A stretch of DNA of 32,000 nucleotides from Candidatus Saccharimonadota bacterium (GTDB taxonomy: Bacteria; Patescibacteriota; Gracilibacteria; UBA1369; 2-02-FULL-48-14). The notes beneath the pieces were generated by a model that was given only the letters and a program-made list of their open reading frames with translations, had not been told where the DNA came from and did no database searches. Both the position numbers and the translations under genes were made by a program. The stretch spans positions 540,001 through 572,000 of the forward strand of contig CP064962.1 of assembly GCA_016699145.1 (NCBI GenBank), written 5' to 3'. Shown here one piece after another: positions 17,492 to 27,745 of this stretch. Every line of letters starts with the position of its first letter. Position 1 is the stretch's first letter.

Positions 17492-20400
17492 ATGATGACT
17501 GACCCAAAGAAAGCTCCAGTACTCTTCGATGCTATCGCGATTGCTGTGGCTTCCCCCGAGCAAATTCTCTCTTGGTCTCACGGTGAAGTTAAAAAACCTG
17601 AAACCATCAACTACCGCACTCAAAAACCCGAACGCGACGGTCTCTTCTGCGAACGTATTTTTGGACCGATTAAAAACTGGGAATGTGCTTGTGGAAAATA
17701 TAAGCGTATTCGATACAAAGGTGTGATTTGTGAAAAATGTGGAGTGGAGGTGACCCGCTCCATCGTTCGCCGCACTCGCATGGGCCACATCACACTCGCC
17801 GTGCCCGTGACTCACATTTGGTTCTTACGTTCAACTCCAAGCCGCATTGGGCTCCTCCTGAACTTGCCAGTAAAAATTCTGGAACAAATCGTGTACTTTG
17901 CCGCGTACATCATTACCGAAGTCGATCAAAAGGCTAAAGAGGAAGCCTTGGTTCAACTGGATGAAGAATTCAAAAACTATAGAAAAGATGTGATCCGCGA
18001 ATACGAAGAACGCATCAAGAGTGGAACCGGGAACATAAAGGAAATTGAAAAGGAACAGGCTGCCAAAATTGAGGAATTGGTGGAAACCGCTGAGCAAGCT
18101 CGCAAAGACCTCGAGTCTTTAGAGAACAGCACCGTGCTCACCGAGCTCGATTACCGCGACATGTCCATGAAGTTCGGCCACGTATTCAAGGCCGGAACAG
18201 GGGCAGAATCCTTGCACAAACTCATCCGCGACATGAACCTCGAAGAAGAGATTAAAAAGCTCGACATCGAAATTGAAAAGTCCAGCGGACAAAAGCGCAC
18301 CAAGCTCATGAAACGCATCAAGCTCATGGGTTCCCTAGTGAAGGCCGGCATCAATCCTGAATGGATGATCATGACCGTGCTCCCCGTGATTCCACCCGAT
18401 CTTCGCCCCATGGTGCAACTCGATGGAGGACGTTTTGCCGCTTCCGATCTCAACGATCTGTATCGCCGTGTGATCAACCGTAACAACCGTCTCAAGCGTC
18501 TCATCCAAATCGGAGCACCTGAAGTGATCTGCCGAAATGAAAAACGTATGCTGCAAGAAGCGGTAGACACTTTGATCAACAACAGCGCGCGCCAAGGAAA
18601 ACCGTGTTCAACAGCGGGGATAAGCGCAAACTTCGCTCCCTTTCAGATATGCTCAAGGGTAAACAGGGACGCTTCCGCCAAAACCTGCTCGGAAAACGTG
18701 TGGACTATTCCGGTCGCAGCGTCATTGTGATCGGTCCTAAGCTCAACCTGGACCAATGTGGACTTCCCAAGCTCATGGCACTCGAACTCTTCAAGCCTTT
18801 CGTCATTGGAAAACTCATCGAAGGGGGCTACGCTCACAACATCAAGAGCGCGGAAAAGATGATTCAAAACAACGACCGCGTCATTTGGGATATGCTTGAA
18901 GAAGCGACCAAAGAACGTTTTGTGCTCCTCAACCGTGCACCCACCCTGCACCGTCTCGGAATCCAAGCGTTCCGCCCCGTGCTCGTAGAAGGAAAAGCCA
19001 TTCAAGTTCACCCCCTCGTCTGTGCCGCCTTCAACGCGGACTTCGATGGAGACCAAATGGCCGTGCACGTTCCCCTCTCTCAAAAGGCTCAAGAAGAAGC
19101 GCGTGAACTCATGTGCTCCGCAAAGAACCTTTTGAAGCCTTCCGCCGGAGAACCCATCACCGTACCCATTCAGGACATGGTGCTTGGACTCTACTACCTC
19201 ACCGCAGAGCGTCCAGGTAAGAAGGGGGAAGGAAAAATCTTCGGTAATCTTGAGGAGGCCCTCATTGCCGAGCAGTTTGGTGAACTTCACCTGCAATCCA
19301 AGATCAAGATTCGTTTCAACGGTGAAATGATCGAAACCACCCTCGGACGTGCCATTTACAACACCGTGGTGCCCGAACAAATGGGTTACCAAAATCACAC
19401 CCTCAAAAAGAAAGAGATCTCTGAAATCGTAGCCTTAGTTTTCGAAAAATGCGGCACCGAACCCACCGCCAAATTCTGTGACGACCTCAAAGCACTCGGC
19501 TTTCAATACGCCACTCGTTCCGGAATTTCTATGGCCAGCGCCGATCTCATCATTCCTAAAGAGAAGGTCAAGATCATGAAAGAATCCGAAGAAATTGTGG
19601 ATCAAATTCACGAGTTCTACAACAAGGGCTTCATCACTGAAGATGAACGCTACAACCAAGCCATTAAGATTTGGTCCAAAACCAAGAACGAGATCGGTAA
19701 AGCAATGATCCTTGGCTTCGAACCCGAAAACGACATCTACTACCAAGTGGACTCTGGGGCTCGTGGTAACTGGGGACAAATCACCCAGCTCTGTGGAATG
19801 AAGGGACTCGTGGCCAACCCTGCCGGTAAGACCATCGAACTTCCCATCAAATCCAACCTCAAAGAAGGTTTCTCCATTCTTGAATACTTCATTGCAACGC
19901 ACGGAGGACGTAAAGGTAAGTCCGACACCGCGCTCAAAACCGCTGAAGCGGGTTACCTCACTCGCCGTCTCGTGGATGCTGTTCAAGACATCATCATTAA
20001 GGAAGACGATTGTGGATCCAAGGACACCCACTTGGTGACTCGTGAAGAATCCGAAAAGATTGGTGAACCGTTTGAAAACCGCATTTTCGGCCGCACTCTC
20101 GGTGCCGACGTCATGGAAAAGACGGGCAAGAAAGTGGCCATCCCGAATGGAACGCCCATCGACAAGGCTGCCGTGAAGATTCTTAAAGAAAACGACGTCA
20201 GCGAAGTGCGTGTGCGCTCTGTAATGACCTGTCTGACTCTGAACGGAGTCTGCCAAAAATGTTACGGACGTGACCTCGGATCCAGCCAAGAAGTGGAGAT
20301 GGGAACCGCCGTCGGAATCGTGGCCGCTCAATCCATCGGGGAACCGGGAACTCAGCTCACCATGCGTACTTTCCACATGGGAGGAATCGCGAACGAAGAC

Positions 20401-21303
20401 GACATCACTCAAGGTCTCACCCGTGTGGAAGAACTCTTCGAAGCCCGCACACCTAAAAAGCCTACCGTATTGGCCGAAATCGATGGAAAAGTACAGGTGA
20501 CTTCTAAGGGAAACCAAATCCACATCACCATCACTCCCACCAACATTCCCACCGAAACCATCGATGTGGAAGACGGCATGGAAGTGCTCGTAAAGAAGGA
20601 CGACAAGGTCAGCCTTAAAGATGTGCTCGCTGAAAAGAAAGGCAAGAAACTCCGCTCCCCTATGGATGGAGTGGTTGTGAAAGCGGGAAAGAAAGAAATC
20701 GTCATTCAACCGGACCTTGCCGAACAAGTCTACAAGGTGGACGCCGGCAAAAGCATTAAAGTGAAAACTGGAGACGTCGTGGCTCGTGGAACCGCTCTCA
20801 CCAGCGGACACATGAACCTCCGCAAACTCATGAAGCTTTCAGACATCTACACCACTCAAAAATACATCATGAGTGAGGTGCAGAGCATCTACGCGTCTCA
20901 AGGTCAGTCCATCAACGACAAGCACATCGAAATCATCACTCGGCAAATGTTCTCTAAGGTTCGCATCGTGGAACCTGGAGCCAGCAACTTCCTGCCCGGT
21001 GAAGTCGTGGATTACCAAACTGTGTTCGAAGAAAACATAAAGCTCGAAGGAGACAAACAAGAGCCGATCAAGTTCGAACGTTTGCTGCTCGGTCTCACTC
21101 GTATCGCCTTGCACACTCGAAGTTGGCTCTCCGCCGCTTCCTTCCAAGAAACCATACGTGTGCTCGTCGAAGCCTCCACCACTCACCGCGTGGACATGCT
21201 CGACGGTCTCAAAGAAAACGTCATCATTGGTCGCCTCATCCCTGCAGGAGAAACCTTCCGCAAGAAGATGCGTGGCGAAGCCATTGATACGCGTGAGGAT
21301 TAG
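17492..21303 (+). CDS. rpoC: DNA-directed RNA polymerase beta' subunit, split in this sequence by a 1-nt frame break (ORF pieces 17492..18730 and 18604..21303)
   Basis: It has the Zn finger '[23 protein letters not shown]', then '[25 protein letters not shown]' and the catalytic '[12 protein letters not shown]'. The frames join at ..NNSARQGKP|[19 protein letters not shown].. around 18602-18604. The restored length is 1270 aa. Confidence 0.95.
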
Positions 21304-21340
21304 TTTTGTATAAAACCGACCTACTGGCCAATCAAAGAAA

Positions 21341-21366
21341 GGGCGCTTCGAAAGAGGCGCTCTTTT
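21341..21366 (+). terminator. Rho-independent terminator after rpoC
   Basis: gggcgcttc-GAAA-gaggcgctc forms a 9-bp stem (two G-U pairs) with a GNRA loop, followed by tttt. It lies 38 nt after the rpoC stop. Confidence 0.55.
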
Positions 21367-21556
21367 AGAACAGCCTATTTACAAGACGCAATTTGTATTG
21401 TAAACCCCTCCCCGGGGAGAAACTTTAACCTGTAAAAACAGTAGCCAACACCAACGCCTCTTTTTTTAAAATCCCAGTCTTGCTACAATTGCAACACGTC
21501 CATCCTCGTAGCAAAACTCATCCAAAATCAGCAATCCTCCTCTAACCCCACCCCTT

Positions 21557-21949
21557 ATGGATCCCGTCGTACACTTTGAAATGGCCTACGAAAACCGTCA
21601 GCGCATGTCTGATTTTTACCAAAAAACCTTCGACTGGAAGCCCATCCACATGCCCCACATGGATGACTATGTTTTAGTCCAAACAGGCGAAACCGACGAC
21701 AAAGGAATGATTCAAAAGCCGGGCATGATCAACGGTGGTTTTTATAAAAAACCCGAAGATCCCAAGGCACAAGCGCCTTCCGTCGTCATTGCGGTTGAAA
21801 ACCTCGAGGAAAGCCAGAAAAAAGTCACTGAAAATGGAGGCATTATTCTTGACCAGCCCATGGAAATCCCTGAGGTTGGCCATTATTTCAGTTTCCAAGA
21901 CACCGAAGGCAACCGCGTGGGTGTGCTGCAACCTTTACCGATGAACTGA
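21557..21949 (+). CDS. VOC-superfamily (glyoxalase/bleomycin-resistance fold) protein
   Basis: It is 130 aa, with 'VVHFEM..' at the N-terminus and 'GHYFSFQDTEGNRVGVLQP' at the C-terminus. Both are typical of small VOC proteins. Confidence 0.75.
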   Translation: MDPVVHFEMAYENRQRMSDFYQKTFDWKPIHMPHMDDYVLVQTGETDDKGMIQKPGMINGGFYKKPEDPKAQAPSVVIAVENLEESQKKVTENGGIILDQPMEIPEVGHYFSFQDTEGNRVGVLQPLPMN

Positions 21950-21970
21950 AGCGAAGGCACTAAAATTCTC

Positions 21971-21999
21971 TTGCAATAGCCAATCTTATCGACTAAACT
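21971..21999 (+). promoter_or_regulatory. Candidate promoter for rpsL-rpsG (TTGCAA, 17-nt spacer, TAAACT)
   Basis: ttgcaa is at 21971-21976 and taaact at 21994-21999. The match is moderate only. Confidence 0.3.
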
Positions 22000-22042
22000 G
22001 CTCCAGCTAATGGACCCGCAGGGTCTCTAATAAAACTGTTTA

Positions 22043-22456
22043 ATGCCCACGATCAATCAACTCATTCGTAAGCCTCGCAAGGCTCAAACTCGCAAGAGCA
22101 AGGCTCCAGCGCTTCAGCTCATTATGAACACGCTGAAGTCCACCAACCGTCCTCTGTCCTCCCCTTTCAAACGTGGAGTGTGCACGAAAGTGACGACTAT
22201 GACGCCTAAAAAGCCTAACTCTGCGCTTCGAAAAATTGCTCGTGTACGCCTCACCAATGGAATTGAAGTCACCGCTTACATCGGAGGAGAAGGTCACAAC
22301 CTTCAAGAACACTCCATTGTACTTGTGCGTGGTGGACGTGTGAAGGATTTGCCCGGTGTGCGTTACCACATCGTTCGTGGAAGCCTCGACACCCAAGGAG
22401 TACAAAATCGACGTCAAAGTCGTTCTCTTTATGGAGCTAAGAAACCTAAGAAATAA
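22043..22456 (+). CDS. rpsL: 30S ribosomal protein S12
   Basis: Signatures are 'PTINQLIRK', '[11 protein letters not shown]' and '[17 protein letters not shown]'. It carries a short lineage-specific insert, '[17 protein letters not shown]'. Confidence 0.97.
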   Translation: MPTINQLIRKPRKAQTRKSKAPALQLIMNTLKSTNRPLSSPFKRGVCTKVTTMTPKKPNSALRKIARVRLTNGIEVTAYIGGEGHNLQEHSIVLVRGGRVKDLPGVRYHIVRGSLDTQGVQNRRQSRSLYGAKKPKK

Positions 22457-22459
22457 ACC

Positions 22460-22927
22460 ATGAAAACGAAAACCACCACCTACGTACCTCCCCACTCCGA
22501 TTTCACGAGTGAAAAGTTCATCAACACCATCATGCTCGATGGAAAGAAGACCGTGGCTCGCCGCATCTTCAACGACATGCTGAGTGAAGTGGAACGCCGC
22601 GGACACAAGAATCCTAAAGAGACTTTCCTCCGTGCCATCGACAACACCAAACCTGCGATGGAAGTTCGCCCCAAACGTGTGGGTGGAGCCGTGTACCAAG
22701 TCCCCTTCGAAGTTCCTGTGAAGCGTCAGCAAATGCTCTCCTTCCGCTGGATACTCACCGCCGCTCGCGGACGCAAGGGTATGCCCATGTACAAGCGCCT
22801 CACCGCTGAAATCCTCGAGGCTGCTGAAGGAACCGGATCTGCAATCAAGAAAAAGGACGACGTAGAAAAGATGGCTCAAGCCAACCGCGCCTTCGCTCAC
22901 TACGCTCGCTTCACAAAGAAGAAGTGA
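22460..22927 (+). CDS. rpsG: 30S ribosomal protein S7
   Basis: Signatures are 'DGKKTVARRIF', 'VGGAVYQVPFEV' and 'KMAQANRAFAHY'. It starts 3 nt after rpsL. Confidence 0.96.
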   Translation: MKTKTTTYVPPHSDFTSEKFINTIMLDGKKTVARRIFNDMLSEVERRGHKNPKETFLRAIDNTKPAMEVRPKRVGGAVYQVPFEVPVKRQQMLSFRWILTAARGRKGMPMYKRLTAEILEAAEGTGSAIKKKDDVEKMAQANRAFAHYARFTKKK

Positions 22928-22947
22928 AACGCTTTCATGACTCATCT

Positions 22948-22973
22948 AAGACCGGGCTTTGTCCGGTTTTTTT
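22948..22973 (+). terminator. Rho-independent terminator after rpsG, potentially bidirectional
   Basis: The hairpin is accgg-gctttgt-ccggt, extendable with A-T and G-U pairs, followed by a T7 run. It sits between the convergent rpsG and the minus-strand gene ending at 22992. Confidence 0.55.
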
Positions 22974-23675
22974 GTTTCTAATTTAGGATACTCACATCTT
23001 TTTAGAAGATCTCCCGCCATCCACCACATGGCCAATCACAAGGCGAGAATGATTGCCAAGTATGTCATCAAGAGCAGAATGGGCTAGATGAGCTGCCAAA
23101 GAATCCCTACGATACCTGGCTTCAGCAGCATTCACGTGTTCAGAAAGACGGAAACCAATAGCCGTTAAAATATCTTCTGGAGAAGAGGATTTAATAGTAA
23201 AAGGCTTATATGCTCCTTCCCCAGGAACAAATCGCACCCACGGTGCATTCATATCCACAGAAACAGGGACAAGCTCAAATACAGGGACTATAAGGTCAAG
23301 CGCTTCCAAACCATAGGCGGTTGTGCTAGCTCTACTAACAGCAACTTCTCCCATCGTTCTCGTATCAACAAAAGCATGTTGCACGCGCCCAACCAATGCA
23401 CTCGATTTCTGAGGATTCAAAAAGTCACAAAGGGCATTGGCAAGTTTTTTTCGCCTCGGTCCAGCCCATCTACTCTCATCCGTGAGACCAACATGTGTAT
23501 CATGAAATACAACCGCACTTTCACCATCATGAAGGCGGCCTTGAAAGACAAGCCCTGTAGGAGCAACATAAGTTCGCCTTGGCCCAAACGGATCGTTGTC
23601 TCGTGCGGCCGTTAAAGGCATACAGGCCGAAACGATTCGCTCAACAGTAAGTCTAACCTCATCAGGCCCTTCTAG

Positions 23676-24517
23676 GAGCTGTTAACATAAGACTTTGAGT
23701 AAAAGTGCCACAAGGCAGAGGGAGATAAAGGAGGCATACATCAGGTCTAATTTGTCATAGCGAGTTGAAATTCTTCTGTAATTTTTCATTCGGTGAAATA
23801 GGCGTTCAATCTCGTTGCGGTAGGCATAAATGTTCTTGTTGTATTCCCACGGAAATTTCATTTTGCCTTTGGAGGAACGACTGGAGTTATGCCTTTTTCT
23901 TTGCACAGCTCCAGAACTTTGTAGCATGAATAACCTTTGTCCATAGCCAAATGATCTACTGTTTTTGGAAACGAATAATCTCTCAAAATTTGTTTTCCAA
24001 CTTTCACATCGCTCACTTCACCACCTGTTAAAACAAAGTGCATCCCATGATCTGGATCTCCAGCAATCATGTGAATTTTTGTAGTGTACCCACCTCTACT
24101 TCGGCCTAACGCTTGTGGCCCCTTTTTTTCATGGCTCCCGCTGCACTGTGGTGCGCTCTATTTGTTGTACTGTCCAGGAAAGCTATTCGCACTTGAAGTA
24201 CATCTGCTACTTCAAGTGCTCTAAGCATTTGTCCAAAAAGTCCAGATTCGCTCCACCGTTTGTATCTTGTATAAATCGTGTGCCAGTCATTCTCTTTTTC
24301 TCTGTAATCGTAGGGCATTTGTCTCCATGCGCACCCTGTTTTAAGTACATAACAAATGGCATCCATGCAACGTTTCAGTGGAATCTTTTCAGGCTTTCTG
24401 GGCTTTGGAAAATAAGGCTGGATCAGTTTGAACTGTTCATCCGTTAGCATCTGGTACATGGCGTTAGGGTTAGAGTAACTTCACTCTACACCACTCCTCT
24501 ATTTATGTTAACAGCTC
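23676..24517 (-). mobile_element. IS5-family insertion sequence (IS427/IS1031-like two-ORF type), 842 bp
   Basis: It has 15-bp perfect terminal inverted repeats gagctgttaacataa (23676-23690, with the reverse complement at 24503-24517). It is flanked by CTAG on both sides (23672-23675 and 24518-24521). Because CTAG is palindromic, the boundary between IR and target duplication is ambiguous by up to 4 nt. Confidence 0.9.
23682..24459 (-). CDS. IS5-family DDE transposase (orfA 24459..24106 plus orfB). It needs a -1 shift at A7G and carries one further 1-nt frame break.
   Basis: orfA contains '..CAWRQMP..W.TIYTRYKRW..G' and 'FLDSTTNRAHHSAAGA'. The -1 frame after aaaaaaag (24129-24122) reads 'KGPQALGRSRGGYTTKIHMIAGD'. 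The C-terminus reads 'YAYRNEIERLFHRMKNYRRISTRYDKL'. A second break lies at 23867-23870, between ..GITPVVPPK and GKMKFPWEY. Confidence 0.88.
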
Positions 24518-25027
24518 CTAGAGTACAAACATCCTCATCCACATATCGAGCAGGATTAAAATCCGCAAGCACCTGCAAAGCTTCTTGCCGCCAGTCATAA
24601 GGCCTACCCAGAGCCTTTTTTTGAGCAAAAATGGCAGTGATCAACTTAGAAAGTTTCCTATCACCTGAACCCATCGAAACCGATTGAACAGCGGGTATCT
24701 TTCCAAAGTCCTTCCAAGTGAGTTGTAAAATACCTTCTAAAGAAGTTCGAAAAAGCCTTTCTGAACCGTCCGGAGAAAGCCCCGCGTTCTGAAAAAAACC
24801 TATAAGTTGCTCTAAACTTAAAACAAGTCCTAAGTTGTCATCGATCTCTTCAACATCAACATCCTTGCCCGGTCCTTTTTTCATTGGATTTTAAGTTAGA
24901 TCTAAACGGTGTGATGATTATTAATAGCACAATCCTGAATACAATCAATAAACTTATGCATGCGTGTCAAAAAATACTGGTGCCGGTAAAAGAGTTTCGT
25001 TACAATCGAAACACTCTCACGCCATCT

Positions 25028-25534
25028 ATGAAAATTCGCGCTCTTCTCTTTTTACCCCTCTTGCTCGCCTCTTGCTCAATCTTTGGAAAACTGAGCGAAG
25101 TGGAATACAACAATAAAATAGTGGAACGGATGAATCTCGTCTCCACTACGATTGAAGAAAGCGCCACCCTCTACCACGAAACCGTTCCCAATCCCGTCAG
25201 AGAAAATTCTGAAATCGAAGTCACCCAAATGAACCTAAGCTACGCCGAAGCCAGCAAGGCCTTGGATGAAGTAGAAAATCTGCTGCTTTTGGAAAGCCGA
25301 AACATCGAACAGCAAAACAGCGTTCAAACTGAATTGAAGACTTATCAAAGTGCCGCAAGCGAATACCTGAGCAGCTACAAAGAAATGCTCGCCTACTACG
25401 AAAGCGGTGCTTTTAAAGAAGACTTGGATCCAGTGGAAAGCTTAGACGAGGAGCTCCACACGAATTACACCACTTTCATTCAAGCCAACAATGACTTTGT
25501 AGACGTGCTTGAAAGTCATATGAGTTCAAATTAG
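25028..25534 (+). CDS. Lipoprotein of unknown function (168 aa)
   Basis: The ATG at 25028 gives 'MKIRALLFLPLLLASCSIFG', a signal peptide with the lipobox L-A-S-C. The ORF-track start at 24884 (TTG) adds an implausible 48-aa extension that reaches back to the divergent gene's start codon at 24882-24884. Confidence 0.7.
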   Translation: MKIRALLFLPLLLASCSIFGKLSEVEYNNKIVERMNLVSTTIEESATLYHETVPNPVRENSEIEVTQMNLSYAEASKALDEVENLLLLESRNIEQQNSVQTELKTYQSAASEYLSSYKEMLAYYESGAFKEDLDPVESLDEELHTNYTTFIQANNDFVDVLESHMSSN

Positions 25535-25551
25535 AGGCCATCCTCACAACC

Positions 25552-25579
25552 TTGACTTTCGCGCTTGCTTGCCTATAAT
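25552..25579 (+). promoter_or_regulatory. Sigma-70-type promoter for fusA-tuf (TTGACT, 16-nt spacer, TATAAT)
   Basis: ttgact is at 25552-25557 and a perfect tataat at 25574-25579, 48 nt upstream of the fusA ATG. Confidence 0.55.
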
Positions 25580-25626
25580 GCGGACACTTTTAATTCGGCG
25601 TTTTCGCTAACTTTTTCAATCCATTT

Positions 25627-27723
25627 ATGGCAGCTGACCCCACCACACAGACCTACGACCTCGCACACATTCGTAACATCGGTATTGCCGCGCACATTGA
25701 TGCCGGTAAGACGACGACAACGGAACGCATCTTGTTCTACACCGGACGTTCTCACAAAATCGGCGAAGTGCACGAAGGGGCCGCAACCATGGACTGGATG
25801 GAACAAGAAAAAGAACGTGGAATCACCATCACCGCCGCCGCAACGACTTGTTACTGGAAGGATATCCGCATCAACATCATCGACACCCCTGGACACGTGG
25901 ACTTCACGATAGAAGTAGAGCGCTCCATGCGTGTGCTCGACGGAGCGGTTGCCGTATTCGATGGATCTCAAGGTGTGGAACCTCAATCTGAAACGGTATG
26001 GCGTCAAGCGGACAAATACAATGTTCCTCGTATCGCTTTCGTCAACAAGATGGACAAAATGGGAGCCGACTTCTACATGTCTCTCACTTCCATTCACCAA
26101 CGTCTCTCTAAAAAGGCTTTCGCCATTCAACTTCCCATCGGACAAGACAGCACATTCAGCGGAATCATCGATCTCGTGGAACGCAAGGCTTACCGTTTCG
26201 AAGGAAAGCACGGAGAAACCATCATCGAAATGCCTATTCCCGAGGACATGAATGAACTTGTTGAAAAGCACCGCGCCATCCTTGTAGAAGCCGCTGCCGA
26301 CCAGGATGAAGCCTTGATGGAAAAATACTTGAATGGAGTCGAACTCACCAACGAAGAAATTAAATTTGGAGTCCGCAAAGGAACCATTTCTGGAGCTCAC
26401 TACGCCGTGTTCTGCGGATCTGCCTTGCACGACATGGGAGTGCAACTCGTCATTGACGGAGTGCGCGACTACCTCCCTTCCCCTCTCGACATCGGAGCGG
26501 TCAAAGGAATCAACCCAGACAACGACCAAGAAGAAGAGCGCAAACTCGATCCAAACGCTCCTTTCGCTTCCCTCGCTTTCAAAATCGCAACCGATCCTTT
26601 CGTAGGGAAACTTTGCTTCTTCCGTGTTTACTCCGGAAAAATGGAAGCCGGTTCTTATGTGCTCAACACCAACACCGGTGAAAAAGAACGCGTGGGACGT
26701 CTCGTTCGTATGCACGCCAACACTCGTGAAGAAATCAAAGAAGTGGAAGCCGGAGATATCGCTGCGGCCATTGGTCTCAAGCGCACCTTCACCGGAGACA
26801 CCCTCTGCGACCCCGATCATCCCATCATTTTGGAATCCATCACCTTCCCCGAACCGGTGATCCAAATCGCGATTGAACCCAAGACCAAAGCCGATCAAGA
26901 AAAGATGGGCATGGCCATGCAGAAACTTGCTGAAGAAGATCCCACGTTCCGCGTTTCTTCTGACGAAGAAACAGGACAAACCCTCATCGCAGGAATGGGA
27001 GAACTGCACCTCGACATCATCGTGGACCGTATGAAGCGCGAATTCAAGGTTGAAGCCAACGTAGGAGCTCCTCAAGTGGCTTACCGTGAAACCATCCGTA
27101 AAGAAGTCGTGTGTGAAGAAAAGTACTCCAAACAAACCGGAGGACGTGGACAATATGGACACGTGAAGATGAACCTCATCCCCAACGAAGCTGGAAAGGG
27201 TTACGAATTCATCAACTCTGTAGTCGGAGGTAAGATTCCTCGTGAATTCATCCCCGCCGTAGACAAAGGTGTTAAAGAAGCGCTCACTCGTGGAATCATT
27301 GCGGGTTACCCCGTGGTGGACGTGAAGGTAGAACTCTTCGACGGATCTTACCACGATGTGGATTCCTCTGAACTTGCGTTCAAACTGGCCGCTTCCATCG
27401 CCTTCCGTGACGGAGCCGCAAAAGCCAATCCCGTGATTCTTGAACCTATAATGAAGGTGGAAGTGATCACTCCAGACGACTACTTCGGAGACGTGATGGG
27501 TAACATTTCTTCTCGACGTGGACAAATTCAAGAATCCGGAGCTCGTGGGATGGCCAAAGTCATCAACTGTCTCGTGCCTCTCTCCGAAATGTTCGGATAC
27601 GCAACGGACCTCCGCTCCATGACTCAAGGACGCGCAAGTTATTCCATGGAATTCAGCCACTACGCCGACGCCCCTGCCAACGTGATCGCCAAGATCAAGG
27701 CCGATCGTGGGGTGAAGAACTAG
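25627..27723 (+). CDS. fusA: Translation elongation factor G
   Basis: GTPase motifs are '[15 protein letters not shown]' (G1), 'DTPGHVDF' (G3) and 'NKMDK' (G4). The 698-aa protein is full length. Confidence 0.97.
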   Translation: MAADPTTQTYDLAHIRNIGIAAHIDAGKTTTTERILFYTGRSHKIGEVHEGAATMDWMEQEKERGITITAAATTCYWKDIRINIIDTPGHVDFTIEVERSMRVLDGAVAVFDGSQGVEPQSETVWRQADKYNVPRIAFVNKMDKMGADFYMSLTSIHQRLSKKAFAIQLPIGQDSTFSGIIDLVERKAYRFEGKHGETIIEMPIPEDMNELVEKHRAILVEAAADQDEALMEKYLNGVELTNEEIKFGVRKGTISGAHYAVFCGSALHDMGVQLVIDGVRDYLPSPLDIGAVKGINPDNDQEEERKLDPNAPFASLAFKIATDPFVGKLCFFRVYSGKMEAGSYVLNTNTGEKERVGRLVRMHANTREEIKEVEAGDIAAAIGLKRTFTGDTLCDPDHPIILESITFPEPVIQIAIEPKTKADQEKMGMAMQKLAEEDPTFRVSSDEETGQTLIAGMGELHLDIIVDRMKREFKVEANVGAPQVAYRETIRKEVVCEEKYSKQTGGRGQYGHVKMNLIPNEAGKGYEFINSVVGGKIPREFIPAVDKGVKEALTRGIIAGYPVVDVKVELFDGSYHDVDSSELAFKLAASIAFRDGAAKANPVILEPIMKVEVITPDDYFGDVMGNISSRRGQIQESGARGMAKVINCLVPLSEMFGYATDLRSMTQGRASYSMEFSHYADAPANVIAKIKADRGVKN

Positions 27724-27745
27724 AGGCTTACTATCAATTTTTAGC

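Larger units (their letters stand above)
22992..24884 (-). pseudogene. Orphan 348-aa gene interrupted by an IS element (fragments 24884..24518 and 23675..22992)
   Basis: Deleting 23676-24517 plus one CTAG copy joins ..RYVDEDVCTL to EGPDEVRLTVERIVSAC-MPLTAARDN.. in frame (122 + 17 + 209 aa). The tail 'GAVNINRGVV*' of the 132-aa ORF is read from IS sequence. No family motif recognised. Confidence 0.85.

Noticed and set aside
21378-21419. The palindrome ctccccggggag and the inverted repeat tttacaa..ttgtaaa as a regulatory RNA or operator
   Set aside because: They are short and isolated, with no second copy in the window. I cannot distinguish them from chance without comparative data, so they are mentioned only as context.
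24115-24447. 110-aa plus-strand ORF inside the IS
   Set aside because: It is antisense to the well-supported transposase orfA.
24884-25027. 48-aa N-terminal extension of the lipoprotein ORF (TTG at 24884)
   Set aside because: The extension precedes a perfect signal peptide and lipobox beginning at the ATG at 25028, and it reaches back to the divergent gene's start codon at 24882-24884. The internal ATG is the likely start.
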